DNA of 64,000 bases from Tubiluchus corallicola (GCA_030141605.1 JAQGDQ010000029.1:1000321-1064320), one strand, 5' to 3'. Positions 26,401-41,445 are shown, counted from the first letter of the stretch. Notes: a model not told the origin generated them from the sequence alone. Program-made: numbers and translations.

Positions 26401-29400
26401 TTCGCATAAAATGAGGCAAGAGATTAAATTCTGAGTAAAGAAAGCAATCAAACTACACTGGGTTTTTAGGAACGCATTAGGTGTCTAAAGACAAGTGCTA
26501 AAATATTCAAAAAATACTTTTATGTGATTAATGAAATAGGATTATCGAAACTTGAAATAAACTTCACCAAAAGGAGGGAAGCATGAAAATTGGAATCGAA
26601 CCTGAATTTAAACCAAGGAACAATGATCATTAGACTGCATAATAATTCAAAATTTTAAAACTATGCCTTTGTTCAGGCATTAAACAACAATCTTAGAATT
26701 AGGAGCATAAATAATTTTAATACTCGAGTGGATTTTTATTTACGTTTAATCCATACCTTGAAGAACAGCTTCAATTGTATTTCTGTATGTTTCAGCATCT
26801 CCAACTTCAAATGGTGTAAGAAAACCTAAAGATCCTAAATGGAATGCTAAAACTGGTGGTACGCTTCGCTGAAAAAAATTATAATTAGTAAAACCAAAGG
26901 CAATTAGTGTTTTATATATAACCAATAAATTAGTTAATTAAGGTATTTTTATGACCTCATCAATGCTCTGAACTTGGAAATTTCAATTTTATATTTGGTT
27001 TGTATAACTGACTTCACACCTGCTAGAATCTCTACAAAAATAACTGTCATATTTCAAGATGATGTTATAAAAAGGCCCTTTTGGAATCGCTAATGTTTTT
27101 CTTTCGTACCTAACATTGCCTTTTATGGTACAATACTGTTTAACACTTTTCCATTTATTAATGAAATGTTTTAGTTATATGTTTTAAGTTTATTTTATTT
27201 TTAATATACTATAGCTTAGACATGATTGTTGACTTTTGTATATATTTGCTCAACATTTGTCAACTTTTCATGCTTGTCAAAATTTTAAGGCATGCAATAT
27301 ACCTGAAATAAAGAAATACTACTACTACTCTGACTACTACGGCTATTGCCACTGGTACAACTACTACTGCGACTGTTGATATCATTTTGAATTTTCTGTG
27401 GGCATGGTATTACAAAAAATAATCAGCCTGAATACCTGAAAGAGTGAAGAAGCATATAGCAAAGTACCATCACCACCAAGACAAATTATGAAGTCGATTT
27501 TATCAGTAAGGTCTTCTTGACCTAGAATAATAATAATTCATAACAATTAAAAAAAAATCAATCATAACATAAACAATATTATGTAAATATCAGGACAGTT
27601 GCTAGACAAAAATATTTTCAGCAAAAAAGTTAACAAGAATCAAGAGTTATATTAGAATTTCTTGTTTCACTATTACATTGTCATCCCACAATAATAGTAA
27701 ACTGGATTTTCATCCAAAAAATACCAAATTTTATGTATGGCAATACCTTCAACAAAAGGACGTAGCCTATTCTGCACTTTAACAAAGTCAATGTTTCGTT
27801 GTAAGTTTTCTTCCTGTAACACTGATGCTTCAACAAACACCACCATCTTCTTTTCCTGAGCAGAAAAATAAATCTTTCATCTGATCATTTATTTTAAATT
27901 AGTTTGAGGTGTTTTGTATAGAAACTAGTAACCTAGCTACTTCCTGATGAGTATATTATGTGGTCTAGTAAAATTCCTGAAGGTTAACTAAGGCATCATA
28001 TTCATCATTTTGTGACAAAAAGTGCCATCAGATGGATGTAAAGCCTAACATATAATATGGACATGTTTTGAAGGGTTCAGTTCCTCAGCGCACTTATGTC
28101 AGTGCCTAGCCAAGTAACTCACTACTAGAAAAAAAAACACCTAGGTCGCAAACATTTTACCAGACATTTTACTCTTAAGCCAACACATTTATTACAAGCT
28201 CACTATTGACATAATGCAACATTTTTTGTTAATTTTACTACATTAGAAATCAACAATAATAAAAGAAAATAGTGACATTACAGTAGTGTCTAAAATAAAG
28301 GTTAATGCACACTGAGGTAAAGATGGCAAAACATGAAGGCTACACAGGCTGTTTAAAAAGTAAGACGTTTACTAAAAACAAACACATTGTAAATAAAGAG
28401 CAGTGATTGTCAAAAACGGTTAACAACATGTATTTGGCTACGCACTGTCATTTGCACCTAGCTGAGACAAAAAAATGAGAATAATAGTAAGAGAAATTCA
28501 TATTTCAGCACCAATATTAAAAGAAAAGATTATTTCAGAGAGTCTCATGAAGCTAGTTTTTTGGTAAAGCAATTAATGGACACCAAAAGAAGGAGACAGT
28601 GTGCAAAGTACAAAAATGCAAAACACAAGTAGCACTAAATTCTAAATTAAACAAAGACTAGATGGCAGCACCATCTTATGCATTTAAATTATAGTGAATT
28701 TCTAACAACTTTATTTTTTAAAAGCTTATGAATCAGTTGTTTACATATAAGGGGCAAAAAGTTATTGCTAACTAGTAACTATAATTCCCTTTACCAGTAT
28801 AAGGTAGATGAGGACATCGACAAAATTTGCTATGATGCTGTCATCGTAAATTTTTTTTACCACCAGAACACTGACCGGTGTTTTGTACCATGTTAGTCGC
28901 AAACTTGCAGGATCTTGTATGGACCTGAAGAGAAAATTTAAATGTAATAACTATAAAGCAATTATTTTGATTCCTATAACAGCCAAAATATGAAATAAAT
29001 GGATATAAAAAGGCAGTGGGTGGAGCAGAGCTTCTTAACAATTTGGAGTGAGAAGGCAATGGAGTGGATTAAATAACGATGGCTCAGGTGGCAGGCACCT
29101 GCCAGTTACCAAACTTACCATTGCCAGAATTGTAGCACTTGTCTGATATTTTGCATATATTTAGTTGCCACACACATGCATCTGGCTTGATGTCAATATG
29201 TAGGCCTATAGTTTACTTTAAATAATTATGTCTGGTACGTTTGATCTGTATGTCCCAGATAAAAAGCAAAGCTATGCTTTACTTATCATAATACTAAACA
29301 GTTTGTACTGTCTTGTAAATACATTTGAACATTCTGAACCTATATACGGTGCCTACAACAATCAATATACCAACAGCTATGGATGTATGTGATAAGCGTT

Positions 29401-32400
29401 CTTAGGTTTCAAAAGCGAAATGCGACATATACTTACATGAGACCTGCTGAGTTCTTCAAAGTTCTTGCTTTTGGTCCAAAGTTGTACACCGGACTTGGTC
29501 CTGTTAGGGACCTAGCCCTCCTAAAATCAACAAAAAGCGACAAAGTGTCAGTTAATCAAATGAAAAAAATTATGAAACTCAGAATAAACCTTTATTTACT
29601 ACACTTTTAACACCTAACTTTTGAAGTAACTTAACTCTTAAAATAGGATCAAGCAAAGTGGGTTATGTGAGTCTCATTATAGATATCACAAATTAGTAAA
29701 TAAAATTTGTGAATAAACAATTCAAACTGAATTACACATAATAAGTTGCACCACAGTCTCAAAAGAGTTTGTAGTAAAATAAACAAATCACTTTTGCGGA
29801 AGCCGAATTCAAAGAAGTACAAAAAATAGCTCAATCAAACACTGTTAAGATAAAAATTCGCATATATGTTTACTAACCCTAAATGTACCCCAAAAGCAAC
29901 TTTTTAAACAATTTGGCCTGGTCCCACTCGCACTAAGATTTATTACAATAACAATGTACCTTACAATTTAAGGTATCCGTGAATGATAACCAGCAACTAC
30001 ATACATAAAGAGGTACAGAGTGAGCTGAAATACTTGTATAAAATACTTTGTATTCAATAGAGTTAAACGTTGTGAATGAAAACAGCCATCCTTTAGTTTG
30101 TTTTAGTAATCTTCAGTGAGCTCTATTTTTATTTACAAAGTGATGCTAAGATCACGCGACAATCTCTGCTGCCTGATTTAAGAGATTACGTAATGCTTTA
30201 CTTTAGTCGACTATGTAAAATTATAGATGAGCTTAAAAAACTCTATTAAGCTATCTCGCAGATAAAAATTGTGCTTTATCAACTGCCTACCTACAAATAA
30301 TTCCCATACCTGCAGCTGCGTGCGGTACGGTAGAAAACCGAAACATCAATCACACTGAAAGTTCATCAGCTTCGCAATTTTAGTTGGGAAATTAACGGAA
30401 ACATAAGAGCACAATTTGCTGCGTGCTCATAAAGCCATAAGGTAAAGGACCTTTATTCTCAATAAAAGGACATCTAATGCTCAAGCGTTACATTAACCAA
30501 TCACAGAACGATCAATGTTATGAGTTACTACGACCTAAACAAAAGCAATCCCTGAGCAGTGGTATTACTGCACACGAGTTCCTTTAGTTGCAAACATTTT
30601 TGAGAAGAATATTTTTATTAATCATGATAGAAAGCAAAGAATCTATCGAAAAAATGCCGTTAACAAACGGAAAAAGCAAAGCTGTCGCGGGTCTGCAGGT
30701 AATGCAAACAGCGTATATCAACTAACATATGCAAATAAAGCAAAAATGCTGCTAATTTTTTGAGCTACGGAATTGTTAATTAAACTATAGCTAGAAAACG
30801 TTAAACTAAAACAGTGCCTGCGTGAGAATGGTTCTTACGTTTGCAAAGCTGGTACATGAACTTCTTGCACTTATAGCCACAAAAATTACTATTTTGTACA
30901 AAAATGTAAAGCAACAGACACAGCTGATCTCTGCGGATTTTTCCATTAAGAAAAATATGTTGTCCGTTTTACTATAGTATTAAAAATTAAGCACACAGCA
31001 AACCAGACATTTTAAATTCACCATAAACTCACGTATGAGGTCAGACAAAATCCAAGACGTCAATCTTCATCAAGAGGGCGCGTATGTCCAAGTCAGAGGT
31101 TGCATAGCAAATTAAACATACTCTAATGCAATGATTATCAATAAATAACGAAAGTATGACGCAGAAGTGGTCTTACAGTGTTTTAACCTTTAGTGTTAAA
31201 TAACCATTTGGCTAATACACACGTAACTATCATCAACGTTTTCCAACACTAAGATCATTATAAATACTAAACACGAAGCATAGGCGCCCCACTAAACAAA
31301 ACTAAGAAATCTGAATTCAAGGTTGAAATCTACAGCCGACTACCGTAATTACCTTTTAGAAAAGCAGACCCCACTGTTTGACTACCATGAGCCTAGCGCC
31401 AAGCGATGATGCAGCAGAAAATAAAACGTGGTTCAGGTTTGTTCCTAACCAAAGCCACTCCATTTTTCAGATTCTATTCGAGGATGACGTAATGTTCTTC
31501 CATAATGCACATGCGGTGATATAATGTTATATTAAGATTAACAAGTCAGTGAAATGTTAATCAAAGGGAGCTTGATTAAGTGGAACATCTTATAGACACT
31601 GTGAAGCATGATTTAAAAAGATATTTTGTGCTCATTTGAACAACCGGAAACAGGTTGTGAATTACACCTGGCAGAAAATAACGCTGGACAAAAACGAGCA
31701 AAAAACACTACGTATGCTTTGGATGAGGAACAGTAACAACTAGGAATAAGTACAACCGCATCCGGGTACCTGTAGCAGCAGCATAGCTTCGGCTGCCTAA
31801 CGTTTGTGCGATTCGTTCTATGATATATACTTTTATCATTTTATTGTCAGCTATTTAGCTTTGTATAGTTCACTGACGGCCAGTTTTTACAGTAAACCAA
31901 TCTCTGCATGCAGCAAAACTGACCATGCTAAAGAAAAGCATGGAAAACAAATAAATTAACCATCGAAACTGACAGGTAGTTAACGCAAAAATTTGTAAAA
32001 TAAAAAAATTGTATTTATTTGTATTCCTCTAACTCAGTATAACTAGAAATACATTTTATCAGTTAGTATGTACGATTATAAAATAAAAAATAAATAGTTG
32101 ATGCCTAACTAAAGTGTAACAAATTACTCATAGGTCTATTTATTTTAACAAAATCACCTTGTTGAATATAAAATCTCTTTGACAAGGGTAGTTTGCACAC
32201 TAATTCCAAGGTTTTTGAAACAGAAAAATCGATAGTTTAATTTTTTTCCGTGTTCATTTCGTAAGAGATCCTATTCGTACAAAACTTTTATATCATATTT
32301 TTCCTTGCCTACGAAAAAGCGCAGAGAACTATTAAGAATTAAGCTAATATCACGAAAGATACTGCTACGTGCGACAATCTACGTATGTAGGCCTATATAG

Positions 32401-35400
32401 TTGCTACTGTGGTTAAACATCTTCCAAGCAAAGCTCATTAGATAATAGACTACATTTATTAAGACTAATTTTCTTCATCACTAAATAAAACAGTTGGAAA
32501 CCTGATAGCGCAAAAGGCATAATATCGCTAGAATTCTGTACATACGCCAAAAGGTGCATACAAACACTCAATGCTAATCCAAAACATAATGATACTGTCC
32601 AATCAATTTTAGAGCTTGAACTGCTTTGAAGTCTTATTTTGAATGTCGTAGGATGACTAGGAGACTAAAACACGGTTTAAAGTTAATCAAAGTCGTTTAA
32701 GTCAATTCATATGTCACACACATGTTATGCTATTATGCTATCCACAGAGTATCTATACAGTGCTTTATGATGCCTCGCGAAAACTGCAATAATGATTAAT
32801 TTACTGATTCCTTGTACAATCATTAATCCTGTACTATCTAACACGTAGTAAACTGGCTACTGACCATACATTTCAGTTACCAGCCTAAACACAAAATAAT
32901 ACAAATGAATAAACATACAGACTTATTTTTCGGAAAAAATAACCTACTTCTGAATTTAGTAGAAACTAGTCTAGTCAAAATTATTCAAGTTCAACACCAT
33001 TATCACTGTATTTTGTCTCGGATGGTAGTTTCTAAATAACAAAAATTCACAAAAGCACGCAACAACAATTTCGAAAAGAGACGCTCAGCGGAAAAAAGAA
33101 CGAGCATTAAAACATTCGTTGATGGAAAAGCCACACCTTGATAATAATTCTGCGCACATATGTGAAACTTGCAAGCGAGACAAATGTATTTGTTCCTGGA
33201 AAACAGCTTCTAAAATGCGTCCAATCAACATTTCTGATAGCCAAACTACAAGTCAAAAATTGCCGTTCTATAATTTTCAGACCTTCACGAATCGCTGGTT
33301 TGGGTACATTATTATGATACACGTCAGTTCGAATTACTGCAATAAACGTTTACTTAGAATTGTTGTAAACTTTGAAACATGTATGTATAAATCTTTAAAA
33401 CTGGGATATTAATATTTTGGCCTGTCCTTCAACTTCAGGCATTTTACCTTCAAATTCATCTTCTCGCATCAGCAAGAAAATCTTTATACAGAAATCTCCA
33501 TTTTAATTCAATGGAATCGATACCAGCAAAGCAACATTTTTGTAATAATTGCTATTTAAAAATTTCTCATATATAAATGCGGAGTAATCTTTAGCTTATT
33601 TTCGCAAATTCACATCTCAGAAAGGGGGTTTCTTCTGGATAGCGGTTATGCTCAATGTGAAACCTTAAAACTGTCCAGTACATGGATGCGTGACTGCTAC
33701 TAAACTATTATACATATCTGCGTGACATGTATGCTTCTGAAACGAAACAAAATATGCGTTCTTATTGGAGCGGCAAGTTCTAATCCGTAAAAATCAAAAT
33801 GGTTTTTTTTTGCAATTCTTTGCAGAGCAACACGTTGCAGTCTAACTGCAAAATGTTGAAAAATAACGAAAACTACCCTCACTAAATATTACTAAAAACA
33901 TAAAAATGATTTCAGTTTTTCGTCATAGCAAATCGCCAATCAGACGTTAAAGCATCCAAGTAGCAGGGCTTGAAATTTATGCTTAATATTATCATATTAC
34001 GTGTGTACTTAATATTAACAAACTCTGACAACGCAATTAAAAAGCACTTTATTACATGCACATGTAACGCAACACTAACTTCTAAATGAGGTACGAGCAT
34101 AACAATTTTCATCACGGGTTTCTTGCGTAGTTAAGTTTAGTTACAAACAAGTAATAAACTGCCAACACGCAAAGAAGAAGAAACCTATCAAAATAAAATC
34201 AGGATAATGAGCTATCAACAACTTTTTATTGCATTCGAGGCAGGTGCTGCCGTGCAGTGACCAAACAAGCTAATTACAAATTCTTATCATGCGACACGCG
34301 CTACATATTAACTGCAAGTTTCTGGATGGAATTCGCATAGAAGACAAATCTGCGTGGCGAGCAGTGATGTACACTTTACCACATAAAGTTTGCCAGTGAA
34401 AATCATAATAAAAGAGTCTATATTATAGGACGGGAAGTTATCAGAGTCAATGAATCTTTTTTCCCAGGCCAACAGAGGCATTTATTATTGTTAGCGGTCA
34501 GCGTAAATCATGTTAATGTCAATCACTATTTGTTCTTGTTCACGAGCAAAAATTCAGGGTTAACTACGGCCAGAGGTAATATCGGTGCAACATTAACCAC
34601 TGAAACTGAAAAGTTGAGACCTGCGTAGTTTCTTACCTGAGACCCTTCGGAGAGCCTTCAGCAGATGCAGATGACCAATTCATATTCACGCCCGCCATTC
34701 GAACCTCTCAGTTCATCCGTTGTAAATCGTAGTTCAGTAAAATAAACTTTTAATTCATAACTTTTAAAAACGTCTGCAGATTCGAACAGTTTACATTTGC
34801 AGCGAAAAGGTTGTTCTGCATTGGCGCACAATAAATTAGCAAAATAAATAATATTTATATGAATGTACACAGCAGCGTCAAACGAATATTTCACAGATAC
34901 GGAAAAATATCAAAATCCACGATTATAAGTTCTTGTAAATAAGCAAAAGAATTTTCAACCTGCATGTTAACCGATTTCATGAAAGCTTGCGCACGAAATA
35001 TCAAAATATGTAACGTCTAGAAAAGAAAATGAATTTTTTGCTGTAAGTTCATAAGCACCAGATGTTCTTGGTAAAAGATTCATGCCATTCGAAATTTTGG
35101 CGAGAATTGTGATCAACGCGAGAGAAATTCCTATGATAACATTCTACGCATATCGTACAAGCTATACTCCAAGTTTTGAAAGAAACTTGTGCGCAATGTT
35201 GTTACTATAAAGATAAAAAATTCTCGTGAGCCCGCGCGGCGAAACACTTTGAACACTATAGTTTTAGAAGTCATTCATTATCTAACTGCAATTTTATAAT
35301 TTCATTTCCAGCGACGTTCATTTGCCCGAGTAGAGAAGTACCTGGATGTAAGAATTGCAATATTGTACTTTATAAGGAACAAGTTACAAAAGGTTATTCA

Positions 35401-38400
35401 GGCAACATCCGGTATATTTGCTATTTCGGTATTTCCTGACTCCATTTGGACAACCATCTCTTTACTTCAGCCAGAGATTACGAAACGTTTTCAGTGTACA
35501 TAAGATATGAATTCTTGATGCAGATGGACAACCGTAAGTCAACCATTCATTACATAAAAGAAACGTAAAACTAATAGTCAACGCAACGCCAGAATCACGC
35601 GGAATTTTTTCTCATGCTATAGGAATAAAAGCATAATATCAGTCTTCGCTATTTAAATTTTTTATGTGTTGTTGCGTGTTATACATTGCACTGAATTCAA
35701 ATAAGACTATAATCTGTAGTTCTGTATAACTAATCAGACAGCTAGCTGACACTGCACAGCTAACTAAAAATCCACCTGTAGAGAAATGAAAATACGACGG
35801 TGCAACTCACAACTCCGAACTATCTTCAGGTTATAGGAAAAAAGAATAAAATAGGTGTACTCCAAAAACGATTAAAAGCAAAACTAATTTTTTCGATTCA
35901 AAAATACATCATAGTCACAGAGGTACATTTGTCAGTTACAGTTCTGCTTTAACTGTACAACACATTTAATTTCAATTAATTAACTGTCAAATGTAACAGC
36001 CAAAATAATAATATCATACGTTAGTAACGACGTCCACAATGAACTTCACATACATGTATTTGATATGTACGTGAATTTCTGAACGATCAAAAACTATCTG
36101 TATTCTTTGCAGTGCGTCGCAGTTTTGATGTACATGTAAATGCATTGTCTATTTTATGGGACCAAATTGATTCATTTATTTGATTAAAAATCAATAGCTC
36201 CGCTTTATTTTCCGATTTACCTACGTCGGTTATGAACTACGCATGCGTGAGAACGTATATGTAGCATGCTCTATGACACAGTACCATTACCAAGCAAATT
36301 AGGTTAGGTCCAATTAATACAACTCAAGGAAAAAATGAGTTCATGGTTACACTATTAGGTCAATGAAACATGTCGCGTGCTGTCATGCAGTGAAACTGAA
36401 GCATTTTATGTCCACTGTCCACAGTAAAGCTTATAGATTAAAATAAATAAAAACTCAATTAGCCAAATTTAATTTATTCATGAGTAAACGAGGTCTAGCA
36501 TCTGGAGTTAACAGATTCATATGCCAAAAGAAGTACGATGATAGAAACGGGCTCAGCTTAACATTGTGACATTGAAATTTAGTTGGTTCTGATTGCAAAT
36601 AACAAAACTTGTCAAGGTGCCAGTTTTATAAATATCAAAACCATGCAGATCATTTACAGGTAAAATTCTGAAGTCTCAACTTATCCACTTTAAGTTACTG
36701 ATTATTTAAATTAAAAACTCACTTACAGAGACATTCCCTATTAAGACGTCAACATTCATTGAACATCAGCATTTAAAATTTAGTGACAGTTAAACACATT
36801 AAAAATTCTATTCTGTAAAATGATAGTAAAATGATGGATCATAATTCACTGTAATTCAAATGCAGACTCCATAACCCTAGGTCCCACTTTTAATGTGATG
36901 TCCTATAATGAGCAAGAGAGAAAAAAATAATAACGATAGGTAAAATATTACCTAGCAACATCTGTAATGCCACTTATCACAAGGTACTAGCATCACTAAT
37001 TTACTATAAATTTAGTTGCAATTATTTGCGTTTTACATTGAAAATTAGACCTAGAGTGCTAAATGCCACAGATTATAATAAACCAATTATTCTGCAATTC
37101 GAATGTCGAGGTACATTAATTTAGTTTATTGATTATATTTTAACAATGTATTTTATTCTGTCTCTTAGCAGAATTTAAAGTCACAAGTACTAGACAACTG
37201 CTCTGCCTCTAAGCATCAGATAACCTAAAAATCGACGTCTGAATTTTACTAATTATTAAATGTCTCGACAATCATGCAATTAACGTAATAGATGTTAACT
37301 AACCTACATTGAACTGCATACATAGGAGTCAATTCTCAAACTTGACGTTTCTCGCCAGAAATGCTATAAACAATCAAATTACTAATTTTGGAGCCCAATT
37401 TATCTGAAAATTAATGAAATCACTCACATCAGTGGTTGATGAAAATTATCCAGGCCGTTGCATTTATGTGACATCATTAGTTATAAACCACAAACATGAA
37501 GACAATCACAACACTGCTATTTCTCATTGCAGTTTGCTAACTACAGAAACAACTTTCCAGTACAGCAAATGTGTCACGCATGCCTCACGACCATGATAAT
37601 GAATCGTGCGTCCTAAAATCTCCAACAGCGTAGATCTACCTTAAGATTACTATAATTTGCTCTTCTAGCATGCTTAGCTGCCTCAGGTAACTAGTACTAA
37701 CTATTATAAATATAGTATGCAAAGTGCACTTTACTGATCAAGGAGATCAATGGCAAACACACAAACAGTATGTATATCTAAGTCAAACATAGCAGAAAAT
37801 GAGCGTAATGAATTTTATTTTGATCTAAGCACTCAGCAATGACCTAATGGTAACAACATATAAATTTATGATAAACAAATCTTAAATTTATTGCTATTTA
37901 TTTAACTGCAGTTTAGATACAAATGAATTTACTAAATTATATATACAATTTCTACATCAGTTTATGTATAACTTGTATATTCCACATTAAACTATATATT
38001 TAAAGGTCCTATGACTCTATTTTTTTATGTTATTTTCTTTTATAGCATGGGCGGAATTACATATTTCTTAACTTTTAAGACAGTCATGATGCGTACTTAT
38101 GTGATGTGATATTGTTACTTAAATTGTGCGCCCTGCGATGTGATATTGGCTCTGCGGCAAATATTACTGCCCGCCATGACACTCAATGCTCTGACGTCAC
38201 GTTAGGGAGAGCTTACTGAGAAATACAGTAAGTTCCCCGATTTTGCTTTTTTCGCAAGATATCTGTAAGGCGCGAAATTTGAAGTGTTTCAATGCAAATC
38301 AGAGCAAAAGTTTATAAAGAAATGAACCTGTTTTTTTGAATCACGCTAATCAGTAGTAAATTTTGACAGCAAGTGCCTACTAAGGTGTCTCAGGATCTTT

Positions 38401-41103
38401 AATGTACAGGCAATGAGGAAATACAGTATAAATTGCACTGTATATACGTCAAGAATTTTTTGAAAACAGCCTAGGAGAGTTTGTTTTTAATCTTTAGTGG
38501 CAGATATAGCAGTAGTCCTTTGAATCTTGTAGATACTTAGTTGACACTTTTCAAAAGTATGAAAGAGAGTGACGTTTGTTTTTCTCAATCCAGTGTAGGT
38601 CAAACTACCTCTCTTAGCAAAAACAGATAATACTATAGGAGGCTTCCTGCACTAAATGTCAGTAACATACTGTAGTTGTTAAGAAATCAATTTTTTACTA
38701 ACCTTTTAGAAACCCATCCTATCATAGGATTTCACACCCTTTACAAAAAAATCCCTAACCACAAACAGGAATTGCCCAGAAATTACTTAGGGGCAGAGCA
38801 TGTCCTTCATGTCTTAACTGTGAGTCCCACATTATTTTCTTTGCATGTTAAAGCATTCAGGAAATTGGAAAATGGGTTTATATCCTGTCATAATTAATGT
38901 GGCTCGAAAACATCATGTTAAAAATTTAGCCAACATCACAGGAACTCAATGGACAAATGCCGAAATTTGTCATCCTGAGCCAATAATGAGCTGTATGCAC
39001 AAAAACATATAAATTTACGAGAGGAAATTTTATGTTTTACGAGAGGAATTATATATTAAGTATACACTACAATTGTGATACAAATTACCAAGCTACTGGA
39101 ATTACAATTTTAGAAAAGAACTTCAGAAATACTAATATTCCTCCTTACTCAATATTCAGGGTGCCTATAACAATAGAATAAAAATGAGGAGAACGAAGGG
39201 AAGACAGAAAAGATAATTTGAAAGTTCAGGAAAAGGTACATATAGAGTGACATGGAGACATTCGGACAAGTCAGATACATTTGCGATTTATTTAATGTCT
39301 TCTGACATCAGAATTTTGAATATATCTTTAAAGCGTTAACTGGACAGAATGCTTAAACAGGAAGAAAACGCAATGTTAAACTATGTCCCAAAAAACTTTC
39401 CATCGAAAGTTTTATTACTTAACATTAGGCTTACCTGTCTCAAAGACTTATATAATTGGGAAAGAAAATTTTTAAACCAAAACCAGACCCAATGTTAAAA
39501 TTTAGGTCAAAACAATCAATTCTTTAAAATATTGAAAAGAAACATACTATTTTTTAGAGAATGACTAGCATAAAGCAATTATTACCACACATGCAATTTC
39601 GCAATTTCGTGAGTATAGCAGTAAATTTGAATTTTTATCGCAAAACTTGCCAAGTTTTATTACAACACACGGAATCTCTTATAATAGCACTGTACTTAAA
39701 TTTTTGCTTTTGCAAACAAGCTCATGGAATGTTTTTGATGTTGAAAATTATGTTAGTTTGGCTCCCCTGTTGTTAATTAAGATTTTAACCTATTGTTTAA
39801 TTATCAGAAACGTTTTACTTTTTACCGTACTTGAAAATCAGGTAGTGTATGAAAAATCATCCTGTCTTCCTTTAACAATTTAAAATATCCGCACAATTGG
39901 TAAAATATTGCTGCTTCATCTTCCCAGTGTGCAACACTAACTAACCAGAAAACCTATTTTTAATCTTGTTGACAAAATACAGCAATTTAAAATTTTGCTT
40001 TGTTAGTGTAGTGTGCACTAGAGTTATATTCGGATTATTTTTCAAACTTTCTTCAATGTTATCAAAACTTGTGTCACTTTACTTATTGTCAAAACAGCTG
40101 CACCTGATGGTCATTGCGGGAGTTTAAATTTTCAAGTTTTATACAGTATTTGCTGCTAACATAAGCCCTGTACTCAATAAGACAACTTGTAATAGTATAA
40201 TATCTCAAGACGAATTTGTAAGCTTTATGTAAGGGCTTTCTTGTGCTTTAGCAGATTTTGTGACCTGTAAAACTGACAAGTGCAAATTGACTAGTGACAG
40301 AGGGAGTCATACAACTGGCATGCTTGAAATTTGTAGTATTTTGCAAGCAGTTTTCTGTATATCATCTTAACAGTACAATATATCAACTGTTTAAATTATA
40401 AACGTACCAGATGCAAAATTAAGTAAACATAAAATTTGACAGGCTACCAGAACAAAATAATTTGTACAAAGATATCCAGAATTCATGTCGCATATAGGAT
40501 AGAAATTATAATAAAAACTTGGCATGTTGGAACCTTGAAATCAACAGGCTGCAGTGAGTTATAATGTAAGAAACAGAGCCATCTGGGTAGAAGTATACCT
40601 CAATCGAGGCTGTAATAGTAATTACCGAAAAATGAAAGCCTTTTAATGTACAATGAACAAAAATTTAAAACCTACCTATACTGCCGTTCTGCTGCTGTGC
40701 TCTCTGGTACTAATTTTGCTGTTGTAAAAGGCTTATCCATGTTTGGGTCCTTGTGTCCATTTACGTAACTGGGTTGGCAACATGTATTAACAACTAGTGA
40801 ACGGGTTACCGTTGGCTTAGTACTGCATATATATTTGAGGGGAGATGTTGGATCAGATAAGTTTTGGCAGTCGCAGCACATTGTATTACTATTGCCTTTG
40901 TCACTGTCTGTGTCTGATGCTCGAGCGCTTGCACTAGAAGAACTTACATAATCTTCGTGTTCGAAAACGTCCGACTCATGCGTTCCTAAGGCATCTGCCG
41001 CGAGCGTTAACTTTTCCATTCTGTTTGCAAATATTTCCACTTCATGTCCCAACTCCTCTAATAATTTTTGCTGCTCCTTGTCTGACTGTTGTAGTTCAGA
41101 CAT
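23409..41103 (-). CDS. NADK: NAD kinase (cytosolic NADK type), about 538 aa long isoform
   Basis: Exons (minus): 41103-40676, 29520-29437, 28924-28795, 27855-27747, 27521-27436, 26868-26757, 26344-26229, 25978-25879, 25520-25363, 24687-24605, 23619-23409 (TGA); total 1617 nt, in frame. Motifs: [88 protein letters not shown]. Confidence 0.96.
34637..34698 (-). CDS. NADK: Candidate alternative first coding exon of NADK ([21 protein letters not shown])
   Basis: ATG at 34698; donor CAG|GTAAGA in phase 2; joins exon 29520 in frame to give KGLRRARSL. Confidence 0.7.
38004..38398. mobile_element. Kolobok-type non-autonomous element (MITE)
   Basis: TTAA|AGGTCCTATGAC ... GTCTCAGGATCT|TTAA: imperfect TIRs, AG..CT termini, TTAA on both sides; internal TGACGTCA. 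Confidence 0.6.
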
Positions 41104-41419
41104 ACTTACAGTACTACACACCTTTTACACAAAAATATCCAGAACAATAACGCCAATTACATTGCTTGTAAACTTAAAAACTTGGCATTTTCAATTGTCA
41201 GACTGCTGCTTAGTAGTTACAACGCACTGAGTAAGCTACCATTTTATTAAAACTCAAGTGAGTGAAAACCAGGACGCACCGCGAGGTGGATCACGATAAG
41301 TAGTCTTGCACAGGCTACTTATGTGTTATTAAACATGTGTGTTATTAAAGTAAATGTGCGCTCTACACAGTCAGTTTAGATTGTACAGAAACACAAAATA
41401 AACAGACAATTTAATTTAC

Positions 41420-41445
41420 CTTCCGGGTTTCGAAATGATGTCACG
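41420..41445 (-). promoter_or_regulatory. Candidate NADK distal promoter / short non-coding first exon
   Basis: Donor GAAG|GTAAAT at 41419, acceptor AAAG|G at 41121 just upstream of the ATG; ETS-like CCGGAAG and CRE-like TGACATCA adjacent. Confidence 0.4.
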
